Positions 14,283 through 27,955 of a DNA stretch of 64,000 nt are shown here, in pieces; position 1 is the stretch's first letter; every line of letters begins with the position of its first letter. The position numbers and the translations under genes are program-made. The notes under the pieces were generated by a model that had not been told where the DNA came from, searched no databases, and saw nothing but the letters and a program-made list of their open reading frames with translations. The DNA comes from Eledone cirrhosa (lineage: Eukaryota). The stretch covers positions 313,410,001 to 313,474,000 of the forward strand of contig OZ024743.1 in assembly GCA_964016885.1 (NCBI GenBank). The letters are read 5' to 3'.

Positions 14283-14436
14283 TATATATATATATATATA
14301 TATATGTAGAAAAACCACAACAGAAACCCTCCATCTCAAATTTACTTTCGAAAATCATCAAAATTGTGAAACCGGTAAAGTAAATATAAATAAATATTCT
14401 TAAAAGACTCTAATTACATTTTCAATTTCTTTTCCT

Positions 14437-14469
<33 letters not shown>

Positions 14470-14517
14470 CCATATCCCCCCCCCCCCCCCCACACACACC
14501 GACGTACACATACACGC

Positions 14518-14622
<105 letters not shown>

Positions 14623-14849
14623 AACACACACATTCCAAAAGCAATTTTGTTTCTGAAACTCAAGATAAAACACTGGGCATTCCAAGACATTAGTATAACC
14701 AATATTGGAAGAATTGAAGTCTCTTCATCTGGAGGCGAATTCTTCATATGAATTAAGGGACAAGTCAAAAATATATCATACATACCACGTTACTGCTAGG
14801 TCTTATGGCGAACAAGGTGTTGCATCGTTGAATCATTATATGAATATAG

Positions 14850-15042
14850 AGAGGGTGGGGTGGATTGGCAGTATCGGTAGAGGGTCGGACGCCATGCTTT
14901 GAAGCATAGAGTTACCTCCTTTTATGATCTGAGTTCAAATCCCGCCGAGGTTAACTTTGCCTTTCATCCTTATGGGGTCGATAAAATAAAGTACCAGTAA
15001 TACACTGGGATTGTTGCTGGCCTTGTGCCAAAAGTAGAAACA
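14850..15042 (+). mobile_element. tRNA-derived SINE (internally deleted variant)
   Basis: tggcagtatcggtagagggtcggac...gagttcaaatcccgccgaggttaactttgcctttcatccttatggggtcgataaaataaagtacc...ggccttgtgccaaaagtagaaac. Confidence 0.85.
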
Positions 15043-15489
15043 ATTATATGAATATACCCCTCCAAAAGGGACAAACTGAATATATATCATATAAACCATG
15101 CCGTTTGTAGACCGCATGGTCGATCAACGTGAAGCAACACCGAATTACTGTATCACCATTTTCTATGCAATGCATTTGGATAATATGACGGGCTTGTATT
15201 GACGCTAGAAATAGCAGCCAAAACTCGTCTAAATCAGCTTAGACAAAGACGGAGCAGTCAACTTTCATTTACATCTCTATAAAGTTAACTGTCTCAAATA
15301 CGTAGGCATCTCAATGAATGGACAAGATATATTAATATATTAATTAACTCATTATCCACTCAGAGAATTGGTTTATATGTTATATATTCGGCATGCTTTA
15401 TATGATATATTTTCAGCTTGTGCCATGTTTTGACCTGCTGTTGTTGGTTTGGTCGTGTAGATGTAACTTCAACCGTATAGACTCCTACG

Positions 15490-16286
15490 GGTATGTTACA
15501 TTTACTCGACCAAACCAACAACATAAGGTCAAAACATATGTGGGTATGGCAGAGGGCCGGTTTAAAGAACGCTTTCTGAATCTTCAGACACTCGGATAAG
15601 CGATCGTCCGTGAAGGTGTCAAGTCACATATGGTCCCTCAAATCCGCAGACGTCGATTACTCCATTCAATGGGAAGTTCTGAACAAATCTAAGCCATACA
15701 GAAATGGGAATTTGTCTTTTGGTCTGTGTATCGATGAACCAATATCTTGCAGAGATTACATAATAGAACTTATCTCAATACAAGTCTGATATTATTAATC
15801 GCTGCCCCCTCGCTGTGAAATAGATGTTACTTAACAATAAGGAACCAAGCTAAAATTTATCCGGAATGAATTAACTCAATCGTCTGCCTTTCAACAGTCT
15901 AACTTGAGTTGTCTCTTTTGTTGACGTCCATGCGCAGAAACTAGCCAGCTGATTTACTCTTCCGTTTTCAGCACAACCTCACTTGAGTTGAGAATCCATT
16001 GGGTGAAAAAGGAATCCTCGAGTATGGTTTGCTAATTTGTTGTGAAACTAACTCTATACTGAACTCGTCTATGGCCTGACTACGGATATAACCACCTGAT
16101 TTTTTAACGCTCATGAATGGACCTGTTATTTTTATCTAAAGACATTTTTTTCAATTCCAACCCGCCCGTCCCTTCAATCTATCTTATTTCTCATTATTTC
16201 TTCTGATGAAGGACTAGCTATTTCAAGCGTTAACCTAATATAATCCTTTCATATACTGTACCGATTGTGTTGTTATTTCTGTTTAC
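15490..16286 (+). mobile_element. Penelope-like element 3' fragment (GIY-YIG endonuclease remnant and 3' UTR/pLTR)
   Basis: Translates across frameshifts as KTYVGMAEGRFKERFLN...SSHIWSLKSADVDYSIQWEVLNKSKPYRNG...LCIDE...IINRCP, typical of a PLE GIY-YIG C-terminal half. The 3' UTR has a partly deleted CTGATGAAGGAC hammerhead. Confidence 0.8.
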
Positions 16287-16741
16287 CTATTACACACACA
16301 CACGCCCCCCCCCCCCCCACACACACATATATATATATATATCATAAATTTAAACGTCCGTATAGAGCTAGAAAGCCATGGGAGAAGTATCTAGTACTTC
16401 TTACAGTTAAGAAGCAAAAAACAAGATATACAGAGATGAAACTAAAATTAAAAGACAATAAAATAAAAATAACTAGGGAAGGCAACTAGAGGCAAAATAG
16501 GCATTAAAAAGTTAAAGAAAAATGAGAAGCAAGAGAATCTGTAAAGCAGCTACAAGGTTCTGTTGTTGAATATTTTCGTAAACTCAATGTATTCAAAGAT
16601 TTTGTTCATAGTTAAATCTTTTTTCAATATGTCGTATCTTCCAATCTTGGTACTTTTTTAATGATCGTCTTAAAGATATATATATATATATGACATATCT
16701 ATATCTCTATCGATCTATCCTTCTCTCTCTCTCTCTCTCTC

Positions 16742-16819
<78 letters not shown>

Positions 16820-18280
16820 CATATATATATATATTGCATGGAATACAGCTCTATTTGGATTTTATACACGTTGGATAACAGAAGAGCATGGCTTTAGTTC
16901 GAATTCACTTAACTGTCAATGTGACAGGAATGTGGAATACGGAATTAACAATGCACCCATGCACGCATTAACGGATGCATCAACAGAAATCAAGGGGGTT
17001 CAACTACAAAATGAAAAGAAAAAAGAATATTGGCAGAAGCAGAAAAGAATCTGTGAAGACTTTAATTCTCAACACGCGCTATGCCGATAGCGCATCTTGG
17101 TGTACTGCATCGAATTTCTAATTATAAAAATTATATGTATTCATAATTCATTTGGAAAAATAGAAAGTCAGCGAAGAGATTAATAAGTAAGTAAACATAA
17201 ATTTAATTCCGTTTCTGATAAAATGACTTTTCCTTTTTTCTCTTTTCAATCTATAAACTTTCTACGAATTAGTTCACTGCTGATGTTGCCCAACTGGCAG
17301 AAATGTCGATATTCACAAATAGACTGCTTAATCTATATAAACTTATTGAATTTAATAATGTCTTTAATTAAAAATCCCATGAGTACACTACAATTATTGT
17401 TGTTCCATTATTGTGATATATACAGACATCTATCTCACTCTTTCTCTCTTTCAAATAGAGTTACAGACCAACCAACCAAAACCCGTTATTTTCCTCGCGA
17501 GGACTACTGTTCTATTTTAATTTCTCTCTCGTTGGATGAGCACGGCTTTCAACAGAATTCACTCAACTGGCTATGTGGAGACCCCCCCCACACACACATA
17601 TATATTATATGTATATATGTATGTATCTTTAATATGCAACATAATTTATAGAATTTATACACATATATATATATATATATAAATATTTATTTATTTTTAG
17701 TGATATAAGGGTATTCCAATATAGGTGCTAGTAAAGATGAGAGAAGCTTGATGCTATTCAGTTTCCCTGATACAGCAGTAATCTGAAACCGGCTATGGAC
17801 TTTCTCAGCTGTTGAAGATTATGTTGTAGCCGTTCGGGACAGAGATTGCAGAGGTCATACATTATCTATAGAAGAAAAACCCAAGTTATACTTAAAACAT
17901 ATCTTTATTCTACATGTTTCAATATAGTGTGGTGGCCCATACCACGATATATGTGTAGTATTTGTTCATAGCTCTATATATTCTCAGGAGTCCAGATATT
18001 TTTCGAAATGTCAACAAAAGCAAAGCTAAAGCAGTATATTAAAAATAGTATATCAAATGTTGCACTTATGTACATCCTTACACACACACTCACACACACA
18101 CGGCTCCCTGTATCATGAAAACAGAATCGTTTTTCGGGGAAATTATTAGATTTTTCCAAATTTTAAAGGTTTCTTAGGAATTTTCTATGTTTAATTTAGG
18201 CTTTGCCGTCTGAAGAGCTCAGGCTATCATGATGGAGTTTTAGATAAACCTGAATCAACTGAATATGGCCTCCGATCTTT

Positions 18281-18339
<59 letters not shown>

Positions 18340-18505
18340 ATAGCAAGGTATCGTTTAAGGTAATCCAGGAAAACACTGTAATTAAGGTCGAGTGACGTAA
18401 TTTCAAGCGACCAGCGGCTTTTAGACTCACCTGATTAATGAAACAATTGTTAATATTTTAAATAAACCCTTTTTGTACAGCCGACCATTTTATTCTTCAT
18501 CCTTT

Positions 18506-18567
<62 letters not shown>

Positions 18568-18572
<5 letters not shown>

Positions 18573-18773
18573 TGGACCTGTTATTTTTATCTAAAGACAT
18601 TTTTTCCAATTCCAACCCGCCCGTTCCCTCAATCTATCTTATTTCTCATTCTTTCTTCTGATGAATGACTAACGTCCGAAAGGTTAAGACCCTCTTCCTG
18701 CTATATCAAGCGTTAACCTAACATATCCCTTCCATATACTGTACCGTATATGTGTTGTTATTTCTGTTTACAT
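18568..18773 (+). mobile_element. Solo copy of the Penelope-like 3' UTR/pLTR between (TA)n tracts
   Basis: Close match to 16113-16286 and retains the segment deleted there. Confidence 0.8.
18654..18689 (+). ncRNA. Minimal PLE-type hammerhead ribozyme (slightly mutated)
   Basis: TCTT-CTGATGA-A-TGAC taac GTCC-GAAA-GG-TT-AAGA. The sister copy near 16203 has GGAC, which restores stem II. Confidence 0.65.
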
Positions 18774-19109
18774 TTTATATACGTATATATATATATATTT
18801 ATATTTATTTATATAGGGTTAAAAATAGAAAATGATTACAATGTCCTTATATACAATATTATATGAGAACATATATGTGTGCATATCGACCAGAAATAAG
18901 AAGGAGGACAGTAGTTACTCAATTGTATGTTAGTAAGGAGCAGTTGCCAGGAGCAATGGAAAATCGTGAATTATAGAGAAACTTTGTCAGGAATGATCTA
19001 CTGTGGTCGCAATGACGATATGTTATGTAGATATATAATATTCAGCGGTATAGATTAATGTTTTAGTTCTTTATACATATATCCCTATAAATATATATGT
19101 GTGAGATCT

Positions 19110-19410
19110 TTGTAGGTACAGACAACGATTGATTTTCCAGATGTTCGTTCAACGGAATAGCCTGACCGCGAAATTAACGTTTGTGATGCTTGCACGTGTT
19201 TCTTTAACGCAATTTTCAGGGAGACTCAGAGTGATACAGTCTGTGACAAGGCTAGGCATTTGAATAATATGCACAACTAATATTTTTTAGTTGAGTCAAG
19301 GAGAATAACGGGAAATAATACTTTTCTTAATGACATAATGGGCTCCCAGAAATTGAACATACGACCTTACTATCGCCAGCCGAACACTCTAACCCCGAAC
19401 CTACACAACT
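19110..19410 (-). mobile_element. Degenerate SINE (second family)
   Basis: Body is the reverse complement of 19960-20090 (ctccctgaaaattacgttaa, acgttaatttc..gcaggctgttc); tRNA-like head at about 19340-19400. Confidence 0.6.
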
Positions 19411-19804
19411 TCACATAACTATGAATGTCCTAATAAACGCATTCCAATGTTATATTTTTCAGGCTCCTCTATTTATGAGATACACTATAAAGAAACGAAA
19501 CGCTTTATTTCTATACTAAACGTAGCTTTTATCTTTTGATAACAGCTTAAACATTTATTCAACTTAGATTTCACTGCAAAACGTAAAATAATAGATCATA
19601 TTTAGATGGTAACAGAGCATCACATTTAAGTAAAAACATATATCGTTTATTCACCTTTGTTTTATTTCCTCCTGTTTCCATAAAGTGTCAAAATATTTCT
19701 ACAATAGAACCATTAAAAATGCAACTAAAGAATAAATATAACAATATATGTGTTTTGTAATGACTTTTAAAATATGCAATTGATTCACCTTTTGAACGCA
19801 GCAT

Positions 19805-20140
19805 AACTAAATAGTTAAGGAGTTTGCTTCGCGATCATTAGGTTCCAGGTTCGATGTCACTGTGTGCAATCTTATACAATAGCCTCGAGTTGACCCATGC
19901 CGTGTGAATGAGATTGAATAGACAAAAGCTGATTAGAAGCCCATCGGATTGACTATATCTGTAATTCAAAAGGTCAGCCATATTACAATCTGCGTCAATT
20001 TGGATCTCCCTGAAAATTACGTTAACGTTGCACATGTTTCTAGAATGTTCAGCCACTTATACGTTCATTTCATAAGCAGGCTGTTCTGATGATCAACCAT
20101 ATGGAACGCTCGTCTTCGAAACCGACTAAAGTCCATTCCA
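19805..20140 (+). mobile_element. Degenerate SINE (second family)
   Basis: Head with tagttaaggagtttgc...ggttccaggttcgatgtcac (A/B-box-like); body shared with 19110-19410. Confidence 0.6.
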
Positions 20141-20665
20141 AATGCTTCACTTTCAACAGATCATGCCACCCGTGGAACGACTAGTATTCCCAAATAGCAA
20201 ATACTAATTACAATCGACCCAGCACGTTAGAAATAAAGCAGAAGTTCATATGCTTTACCCATTTTCAAATGTTTTCCTTGATAACTGAATAATGATTCTT
20301 AAACTACTGACGTCGTGATATATGGTGAAATATAAGGTTTGGGGCATTTAAAATCTGGCAGCACTTATCTCCAGTTTTGAACACAACCGACAAAGAGTGT
20401 ATATGTAAGAGTGAGAGAGAGAGAGAGAGAGAAAGAGGGTATTAACATCATTACTAGACTGGTACTCTATTTATAGATCCCTGACGGAGGAAAGGGAGAG
20501 TTGGTTTCGATGGGATTTGAATACATATCACAGACAGAGAGCCAGAATGAATGCCACATTTGACTCCCTAATAATGTACTTTGAAAGGAATTCTATAATA
20601 CATCTGCGACTCTATAACTTGTATATAAATTGTATTTTATTATTTTTCCCTAGAAAGATGAATTT

Positions 20666-20853
20666 AGGGCGGTGAATTGGCAGTATCGGTAGAGGGTCGG
20701 ACGCTATGCTTTGACGCACAGAGTTACGGCCCTTGCCATTCTGAGTTCAAATCCCGCCGATGTTAACTTTGCTTTTCATCCTTACGGGGTCGATAAAATA
20801 AAGTACCAGTAATCTACTGGGTATTTGCTGGCCTTGTGCCAAAAGTAGAAACA
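20666..20853 (+). mobile_element. tRNA-derived SINE with 19 bp target-site duplication
   Basis: Close match to 14850-15042; flanked by ttatttttccctagaaaga at 20640-20658 and 20855-20873. Confidence 0.9.
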
Positions 20854-21980
20854 CTTATTTTTCCCTAGAAAGAATGGCAAACATCAATAACTGAAGGATA
20901 CAACATGTCGCCGGGAATTGATCTCGCGACGTGTCACCAATCCATGCACCTTGTCGCTGAAAAGCATACCCACGCTTTAACTATCCTGCTAATGTACCGC
21001 ATTTTAAGACAACTAGGTAGGTAGTGACAGTAGATATACTTCTTATAACAAGTGTTAAAGTTAAGTATATAAAATATTTTATTTCATTTTTAATACCTCA
21101 TACATTTACCTCATGATACGTCCACCATGGACTATTCTGCATAACGAGTTCTTTAATGCTGCCTAAACTGACTTACTGATGTACTAAACAAATTATCCTT
21201 CACAAAATCCTTCCAAAGCAATTGCTTTTAAAGCACCAAAAATTCTTTTAGTGTCTGTGATACACAAAACCTTATTTTTATAGCAGAACATAGCTTCAAG
21301 ATTACAAATACGTACAATATCCCAATCATCACTGTGGTATATTTCATTAGATATTCTATTACCATTTCGGAATGCATAGCATGCATCACTAATCCACTGC
21401 TCAGTATAATCTCGGTTCTTTACAATTCAATTTCCAAGTCAAACATCAAGCTTTCAGCATTCTAATGCATATAAATCTTAAATATACATATAAATACATG
21501 CCCATACAAACGCAAACGTACATACAGACACACACATTTACACACATACATATATCATACTTAGATACATACGTGCAAACAAAAACGCAAACAAACATAT
21601 ATAAACACACATATATATGCACCATACATAGATACATACATACATGCACACCCAGACAATACACACATCCTCTTTCTCGCACACAATCACACACACATAT
21701 ATGCATATCCTATGTTAGCACCCACATCCATTCACACAATTCCTTATCAACATGTATGTATATAATGAATATGTGTGTATATAGAGTGTAAGTATTATGA
21801 TTTATATGTATAAACACTAAACTGACGAAATCTGGTTTGCCAGGCTAGTGGTTAAATGTAATTATAAATATATGTTGCCAGGTTACGGAAAACTGTATCC
21901 TTTAAATCACTTTTGACAACTATTTATCTATCTATCTATTTCTCTCTCTCTCTCTCTCTGTATATAGATATATATATATC

Positions 21981-22016
<36 letters not shown>

Positions 22017-22049
22017 CACACACACGCACACACACACACATATATATAT

Positions 22050-22399
22050 ATATATGAATGTATATATAGTGTATTTGGTAATACACTGTATGCTTATTTA
22101 AAAGCATTTTGAAGACCTTTCGCTATTGTTTTAAAGTAGTGACTATGTCACTTACTTCTTTTTTCAACAAACAAAGGGAGATAAGCTGACAGATCTCTGT
22201 TTCATACTGTTAGTTTCCTCGGAGCTTAACACTCCCCTTCTCTGTTGAAAATTAGAATTGGAGCTCTGAAATAGCGATGTATATATGAATGTATATATAG
22301 TGTATTTGGTAATACACTGTATGCTGAATTAAAAGCATTTTGAAGACAAGGGGGTGTGCTAAGCTCTGAGGAATGCCAACAGTATGAAATACTGTTGGT
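22050..22399 (-). mobile_element. Retrozyme-like or non-autonomous PLE unit: 231 bp monomer, ~67 bp terminal redundancy, inverted partial copy
   Basis: 22050-22116 is repeated at 22281-22347; hammerhead at 22182-22228 (-); 22348-22389 is the imperfect reverse complement of 22200-22239; follows (CA)n(TA)n. Confidence 0.75.
22182..22228 (-). ncRNA. Type I hammerhead ribozyme (one core substitution)
   Basis: Reverse complement: TAAGCT-CCGAGGA-AACT aac AGTAT-GAAA-CAG agat CTG-TC-AGCTTA. It has a 6 bp stem I and a GTC cleavage triplet; the inverted copy at 22366 has the intact CTGAGGA. Confidence 0.8.
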
Positions 22400-22554
22400 T
22401 TTCGGTCCATATGGCTCTGGTCCATCCACTTCATCTCTTTATGCATGTCTATCTGGCCATCGAAGTGATGGTAGAAGGGCAAAAACAGGTATGTATATAT
22501 CTGGGTTTGGTTGCTGTATGTATGTATGTATGTGTGTGTTTCTGTGTGTGTGTG

Positions 22555-22615
<61 letters not shown>

Positions 22616-22638
22616 TGTGTATGGTGTGTGGTGTGGTG

Positions 22639-22680
<42 letters not shown>

Positions 22681-22812
22681 ACATATACAGATACGTGTAT
22701 ACTACTCAGTGGATTTCCAGTTAGACAATTCTCAGAGCTATGACCAACATCTATATCGTGAATTTCGATAAATTGAAAGACTGAATCTATAAAACAATAA
22801 CAACCATTACGG

Positions 22813-23023
22813 TTTAGGCACAAGGCCAGCAATTTGAAGGGAATGGGAATGTAGATTAACTCTACCGCTGTGCATTACTGGTACTTTATTTTACTGATGC
22901 CGTAAGGATGAAAGCCAAAGCGAAACTCGTAAGTATTTGAAATCAGAACGTAAAGGGACGTAATTATATGCCACAAACTATGCTGTCCAACGCTCTACCG
23001 ATTATTGCCAATCCACCATCCTA
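22813..23023 (-). mobile_element. tRNA-derived SINE
   Basis: aggcacaaggccagc...actggtactttattt...aaggatgaaagccaaag...atttgaaatcagaacg. Confidence 0.8.
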
Positions 23024-23534
23024 TCAATAACACCTATAATACAGCAACCTTAACATTCTTGTGCTATTGACAGCTTTACCTGAATATATATGTACAACTT
23101 TTAATGCTGAGTGTATTTATTTGGCGTGCGTGAGGTGTGGTGTGGGGTGTGTGGGGTGTGGTGTCTTTGTGGTGTGTATATGGTGCATGTATATATATAT
23201 ATATATGTGTGATGTATACATATACGTATATGTTCATACACATGTGTGTATATATATGTGTTCAGATTTACATGTGTGTATGTATTTTAGGTAGAGCTTT
23301 AATATAATATAATCAAGACTTGTTTCGTGCCATATTTATTAAATAGATTGAGTTGAGGTAAAAATATGAATAAACCTTGAAGCAGGACCCTCAATATTAT
23401 ACCAAGGACTTCAAGAGCAGTAAAACTCTTATTGTTATTGTTATTATTATTATTGCTGTTGTTGTTTTTGTGGTTGTTTTTTGTTGTTGATTTTATTGTT
23501 ATTGTTGTAATAATAATGATAATGGTTTCTTATA

Positions 23535-23737
23535 TAGGCACAAGGCCAGCAGTTTTTGGGGAGGGGAAAGTCGATTAAATCGACCCCAGTGCGTGACTGG
23601 TATTTTACTTTATCGACCCCATAAGGATGAAAGGCAAAGTTACTCTCGGCGGGATTTGAACTCAGATCATAAAGGGCCGTAACTCTATGCTGCAAAGCAT
23701 AGTGTCCGACTCTCTATTGATTCTGCCAATCCACCGT
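23535..23737 (-). mobile_element. tRNA-derived SINE
   Basis: Full-length match to the family, with an AAT-rich tail on its 3' side. Confidence 0.85.
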
Positions 23738-23739
23738 CA

Positions 23740-24340
23740 AAATAATAATAATGATGATAATGATGATAATAATAATAATGATAATTTAATTAGTATTGCA
23801 AACATTGTCATCATAATCTTAATCATTGTCGTTATCATCATCAACATCACCACTTCCATAGACACCCCCACCACCATCATTGTCATCATCACCATCATCA
23901 TCAACAGCACCACCGTCGTCATTACCAGCTTCTTTATCATCAATATTCTCAACATTCTAATCTCACCAGTTAAATCAAATTTCAATCAATATTATAGAAT
24001 CACAGGTAAGAACAACATCCGTAGCCACAGCAACAGCAACAGCAATAACGGCAACAACACCAACATTAGCATTACCACGAACACGAGCAACAGCACCTTC
24101 AGCAGCAATGTTACTAACATCGTCACCAATATTGGTAACACTATCAATTCCACCACCACCAACAACACTATCACCTACATCATCATCAACATCGGTAACA
24201 CCAATGAACAGCACCGACAGCAGCAGCACCCCCAGTACCACCATCACCACCACCATTATCACCAACATCATCAACAACACTAACAATTGTAGCAGTAGTA
24301 GTAGTAGTAATAATAGTATTAGTAGTAGCCGTAACATAAT
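23740..24340. repeat. Degenerate trinucleotide low-complexity tract (AAT/ATC/ACC/AAC/AGC)
   Basis: Directly visible; explains the spurious overlapping ORFs here. Confidence 0.85.
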
Positions 24341-24534
24341 ATAGAAACCACAATGGGGAATCAGCGATCGATTTTTCGTCTTGAAATTTTAATAAATATC
24401 TGTCATTTGCAAACATGTCACGGAACAGTTTACACTTAGGATAATCAGAGATCTTTGCTTTTTGCTTTTATCTGTTCCCCCTTTGCACTTTCTTTTGCTT
24501 GTTCTGTGTAAATACCAAAGTAGACGACATTAAG

Positions 24535-24592
<58 letters not shown>

Positions 24593-24759
24593 CAGCAACA
24601 ATAACTGATAAATAAAAACAAACGAAATATACAAAAAACGCAAACCAAAATTAAATATATTTAAGAAAAACTTCTTTCTTCTTGGGAAAATGTTAGTAAT
24701 ACAAGTGGACAATTGAAACATTTGCTGTGGACCCAGCTGTTAATAATTTTTTCTCGATG

Positions 24760-26680
24760 TCACAGAGTGAAAGGAAACATTTCGGAATAAGATACATGAT
24801 ACACTGGGAAATAATGATTCATTTTAACACAAGGTCAGCAGTTTAGAGAAAGATTTGGTATGGAAAGAAGACATAAAACGAAAATATAGATTGGATTAGA
24901 TGCAAAAAGATCCTTAAAAAATGTGCAAGAACAAGCATGGGAAGTCATCTCAATAGCGGACATGAGGACAAAGGTTCATAAGTCAAAATATCCTGGTAAA
25001 AGACAGGATGCCAAATTTCTGGCTTTCATCACTCTAGTTAGTCCAGCTGTTCAATGAAAGCAACTGGTAATACTTTCTTACTACCAAAGAATAATGAAAC
25101 CAATGATAAAAGAATCTATTGGCCAATAACCTGTATATTCATCACTTATAAAGTTTTAATAATTATTCTCATGCTCCTGTTCATTATTTACATGAACATT
25201 ATTGACATGCGCAGTCGGGCTAGAAGTGATATCATGACTGACGGGTATAAAATAAGTCAGCTGCAATTTGCAGACGGTATGGTGCTACATAACTCGACAG
25301 AGTTGATCTCCGACTTGCACTTGATAGGTTTGATGTCGAGTGTTGCTTGGCTGGAATGAAAATCACTGCACCGAACACTGAGACACTCGTCCTCTCAAGG
25401 AATCATGTGCAGTGCACTCTACATGTGAATGGACTTCCACTGAAGCAGGTAGAAAGGTGGAAGTACCTCAGGGCCGCGTACATGAGTGATGGAAGGTAGG
25501 AGGCTAAATTAAGTGCAAGAATTGCAGGAACTGCTACAATAATGCACCAGCTTCAGCATCCAGTAATCAGAAAAAGGGAGGTAGGTGTCAAAGCCAAACT
25601 CTATCTTCAATTCAGTATTCGTGCCAGCCCTTGCCTATGGTAATCACCGAAAGAATACGATCGTGAGTACAAGCGGCCGGAATGAGTAGCTCAGATATCA
25701 GAGAGTCACTCCAGGTAGAGTTGCTACGTGAGTGATAACAGCTCCGATACTATGGGCATGTCGTTAGAATGACTCAGGAGGAATCGCTGAACAGATTTTA
25801 CAGGCAAAACCAGCCGGCAAGAGAAACAGGTGTAGACTCCGAGCGAGATGGTTGGATAACATCCATGATCTTTGTTGGACTCGCTTGGAGATCCAGCCAG
25901 ATCAGTTGGAGATGGTTACTTCTGACAGGACCCACTGGGAGGAGTATTTGAGGACTCTGCCCGCCATCACCCTCTCAAGAATAAGTGGGCGAAGAAGAAG
26001 AAGAAGAAGAAGAAGAAGAAGAAGAAGAAGAAGAAGAAGAAGAAGAAGAAGAAACATGAATTTATGGAACAGAACGATCTTCTCCCTATAGAACAAAAAA
26101 GATGCTATCAAGGTTCATATTGATGTAAATATCAACTCTCAATTAATCATATGGTCCTTGAGAACTGTTATAACAAGTGCAGAAATAAGCTTTCCTCATG
26201 GATAGATTACATAGAAGTTTTTGACAACATACCATATTCATAGATTATGAAATCACACGACATCTCCTGTAATTTCAAACATATCATTGTGGAACGCGAA
26301 TCTCCAATTATATCATTCCAATGGTATACTAAGTTGATACAATATTAACATAGACTGTGGAATTTTTCAAAGTGACTCACCTTTTCCTCTATGTTTTTAC
26401 AAAGCTCTAATACCCCTTACAATCGAACGTAACAGAAAACTGACAACAGGAAAATAAGCCACATATTTCATAAGAATGGCGTAAAACTATATGACAGAGA
26501 CAATGATGATGAACTTGAAGACCTTTACGTACTAGAAAAGCGTTCAGTGATGACATTGGGATGAAGTTTGGGCTTGATAAGTGTGCCAAAGACACTTACA
26601 AAAAAGGAAGTTGATAAATCCAAATTCATTCGAATTATACGTTGAAATATCTATAAAAATAGTTAAACAGGAGCAAATCT
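24760..26680 (+). mobile_element. Decayed R4/Dong-like LINE RT region, interrupted by a nested LINE
   Basis: GNTFLLPKNN...YWPITC...YKVL before 25170; after 26090, remnants of EQK.C, WIDY...FDNIP, GIFQSDS and AFSDDIGMKFGLDKCAK. Confidence 0.7.
25170..26052 (+). mobile_element. Nested RTE-like LINE 3' fragment with (GAA)n tail
   Basis: LLFIIYM...LQFADGMVL, KYL and YGHVVRM remnants; ends in (GAA)n at about 25991-26052. Confidence 0.65.
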
Positions 26681-27651
26681 ACTGGTCCAGTAGTGCAAAC
26701 ACTAACAACAGTCAGAAAACAAAATAAATATAGACTATTAAGGAATATAAACAGGTTATACAGCATTCTATACAACATTAAACAATCTCCGATCAAATGT
26801 TACACTGAATAAAGAAAACTGGTCGGTGAAAACACCTGCCCGTATATAGATGCAAAAAACACCTGTCAATACACTGTAAAAGAAAACAAATTGACACTGT
26901 CTGAGTTAGAACAGATAAAAACACAATGTAATAACGGAGAACCAGCCGTCAGTAACAATTGATAACATGTCGGAAGAAGAAGTCAAGGAGAGTATTCATG
27001 AAATGTGACAGAATAGAAACATTGAAAAATAACAACTTAGGAAACCAGCTGCTGGGGATAATGAAAACGAATGCAAGATTGTAGATGACAATGCACAAAA
27101 TATTGCCGAAGCCAAATAAGACATTGTCAGAGTATTAACAAAAGTGTTATGAACCGAAATGAAAGACAGAGATAAAAGTCCTAAGTTTCAGAACAATACA
27201 AAGTATATTAATAAAATCAAATTTACAATGCCGCAATGAAAGAGATTTTAGCAGGAGGTGGAAACGATATAACCTCTCTTAACAACATCGCATACTTTAC
27301 AGCTAAAATTATAAGTTTCAAGATTGTCTTGGAATTGAAATAAAGAAACAGAAAAACATCATATTCATAAGCAACCTGAATGATACAGAAATACACAGAA
27401 AAAATTGATAACCTAAGAGGCGACTGTCAATCTATTGAACAACAAAGTGACTCTAAAACTACACACCCAGATCAAAGCACATAGACTTAGCCGATACTAT
27501 GAAAGAAACGAAATCTTTCAAACTGATGCAAAGAAATTTTACCGGGAAATAAGGAAACAAGCAGTTGAGATTAAGGAACCACTTAACATGAACGTGGTTC
27601 AACAATTCTGGGAACATATGTGCAGCAACGAAAAACAATATGATAGAGAAA

Positions 27652-27652
<1 letters not shown>
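26680..27652 (+). mobile_element. Decayed R4/Dong-like LINE N-terminal fragment
   Basis: ORF 27435-27656 reads KAHRLSRYYERNEIFQTDAKKFYREIRK...QQFWEHM, resembling the pre-RT region of R4/Dong. Confidence 0.55.
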
Positions 27653-27711
<59 letters not shown>

Positions 27712-27955
27712 CTTTTCTTTATTAACCACAAGGGTCTACATAAAGTAGACATTAAGGACAGTACAGGACAATACAGGACGGTACAAATGGGCATTTCTGC
27801 GTGTTAAAAAAACAGAGGTTGAAATAAAATAACAAAGAAAAATTCCCCAATAGGGGAGAGACTTCCGAGGGACATTTGTGGAGAAAGCCCATTAAAAGAC
27901 CACAGTGGCCCTGACCACCAGGGCAAGTGCCCTCTCCCAATTTTCCACCTTTAAT

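Noticed and set aside
20086-20125. CTGATGA...GAAAC hammerhead-like motif
   Set aside because: No stem I or II pairing; lies within a diverged SINE tail.
21822-21905. CTGACGA...GAAA possible hammerhead
   Set aside because: Stem II is partly plausible, but the spacing and stem III are not convincing.
23687-24416. Overlapping N/I/T/H-rich ORFs
   Set aside because: Trinucleotide low-complexity DNA with no domain or splice evidence.
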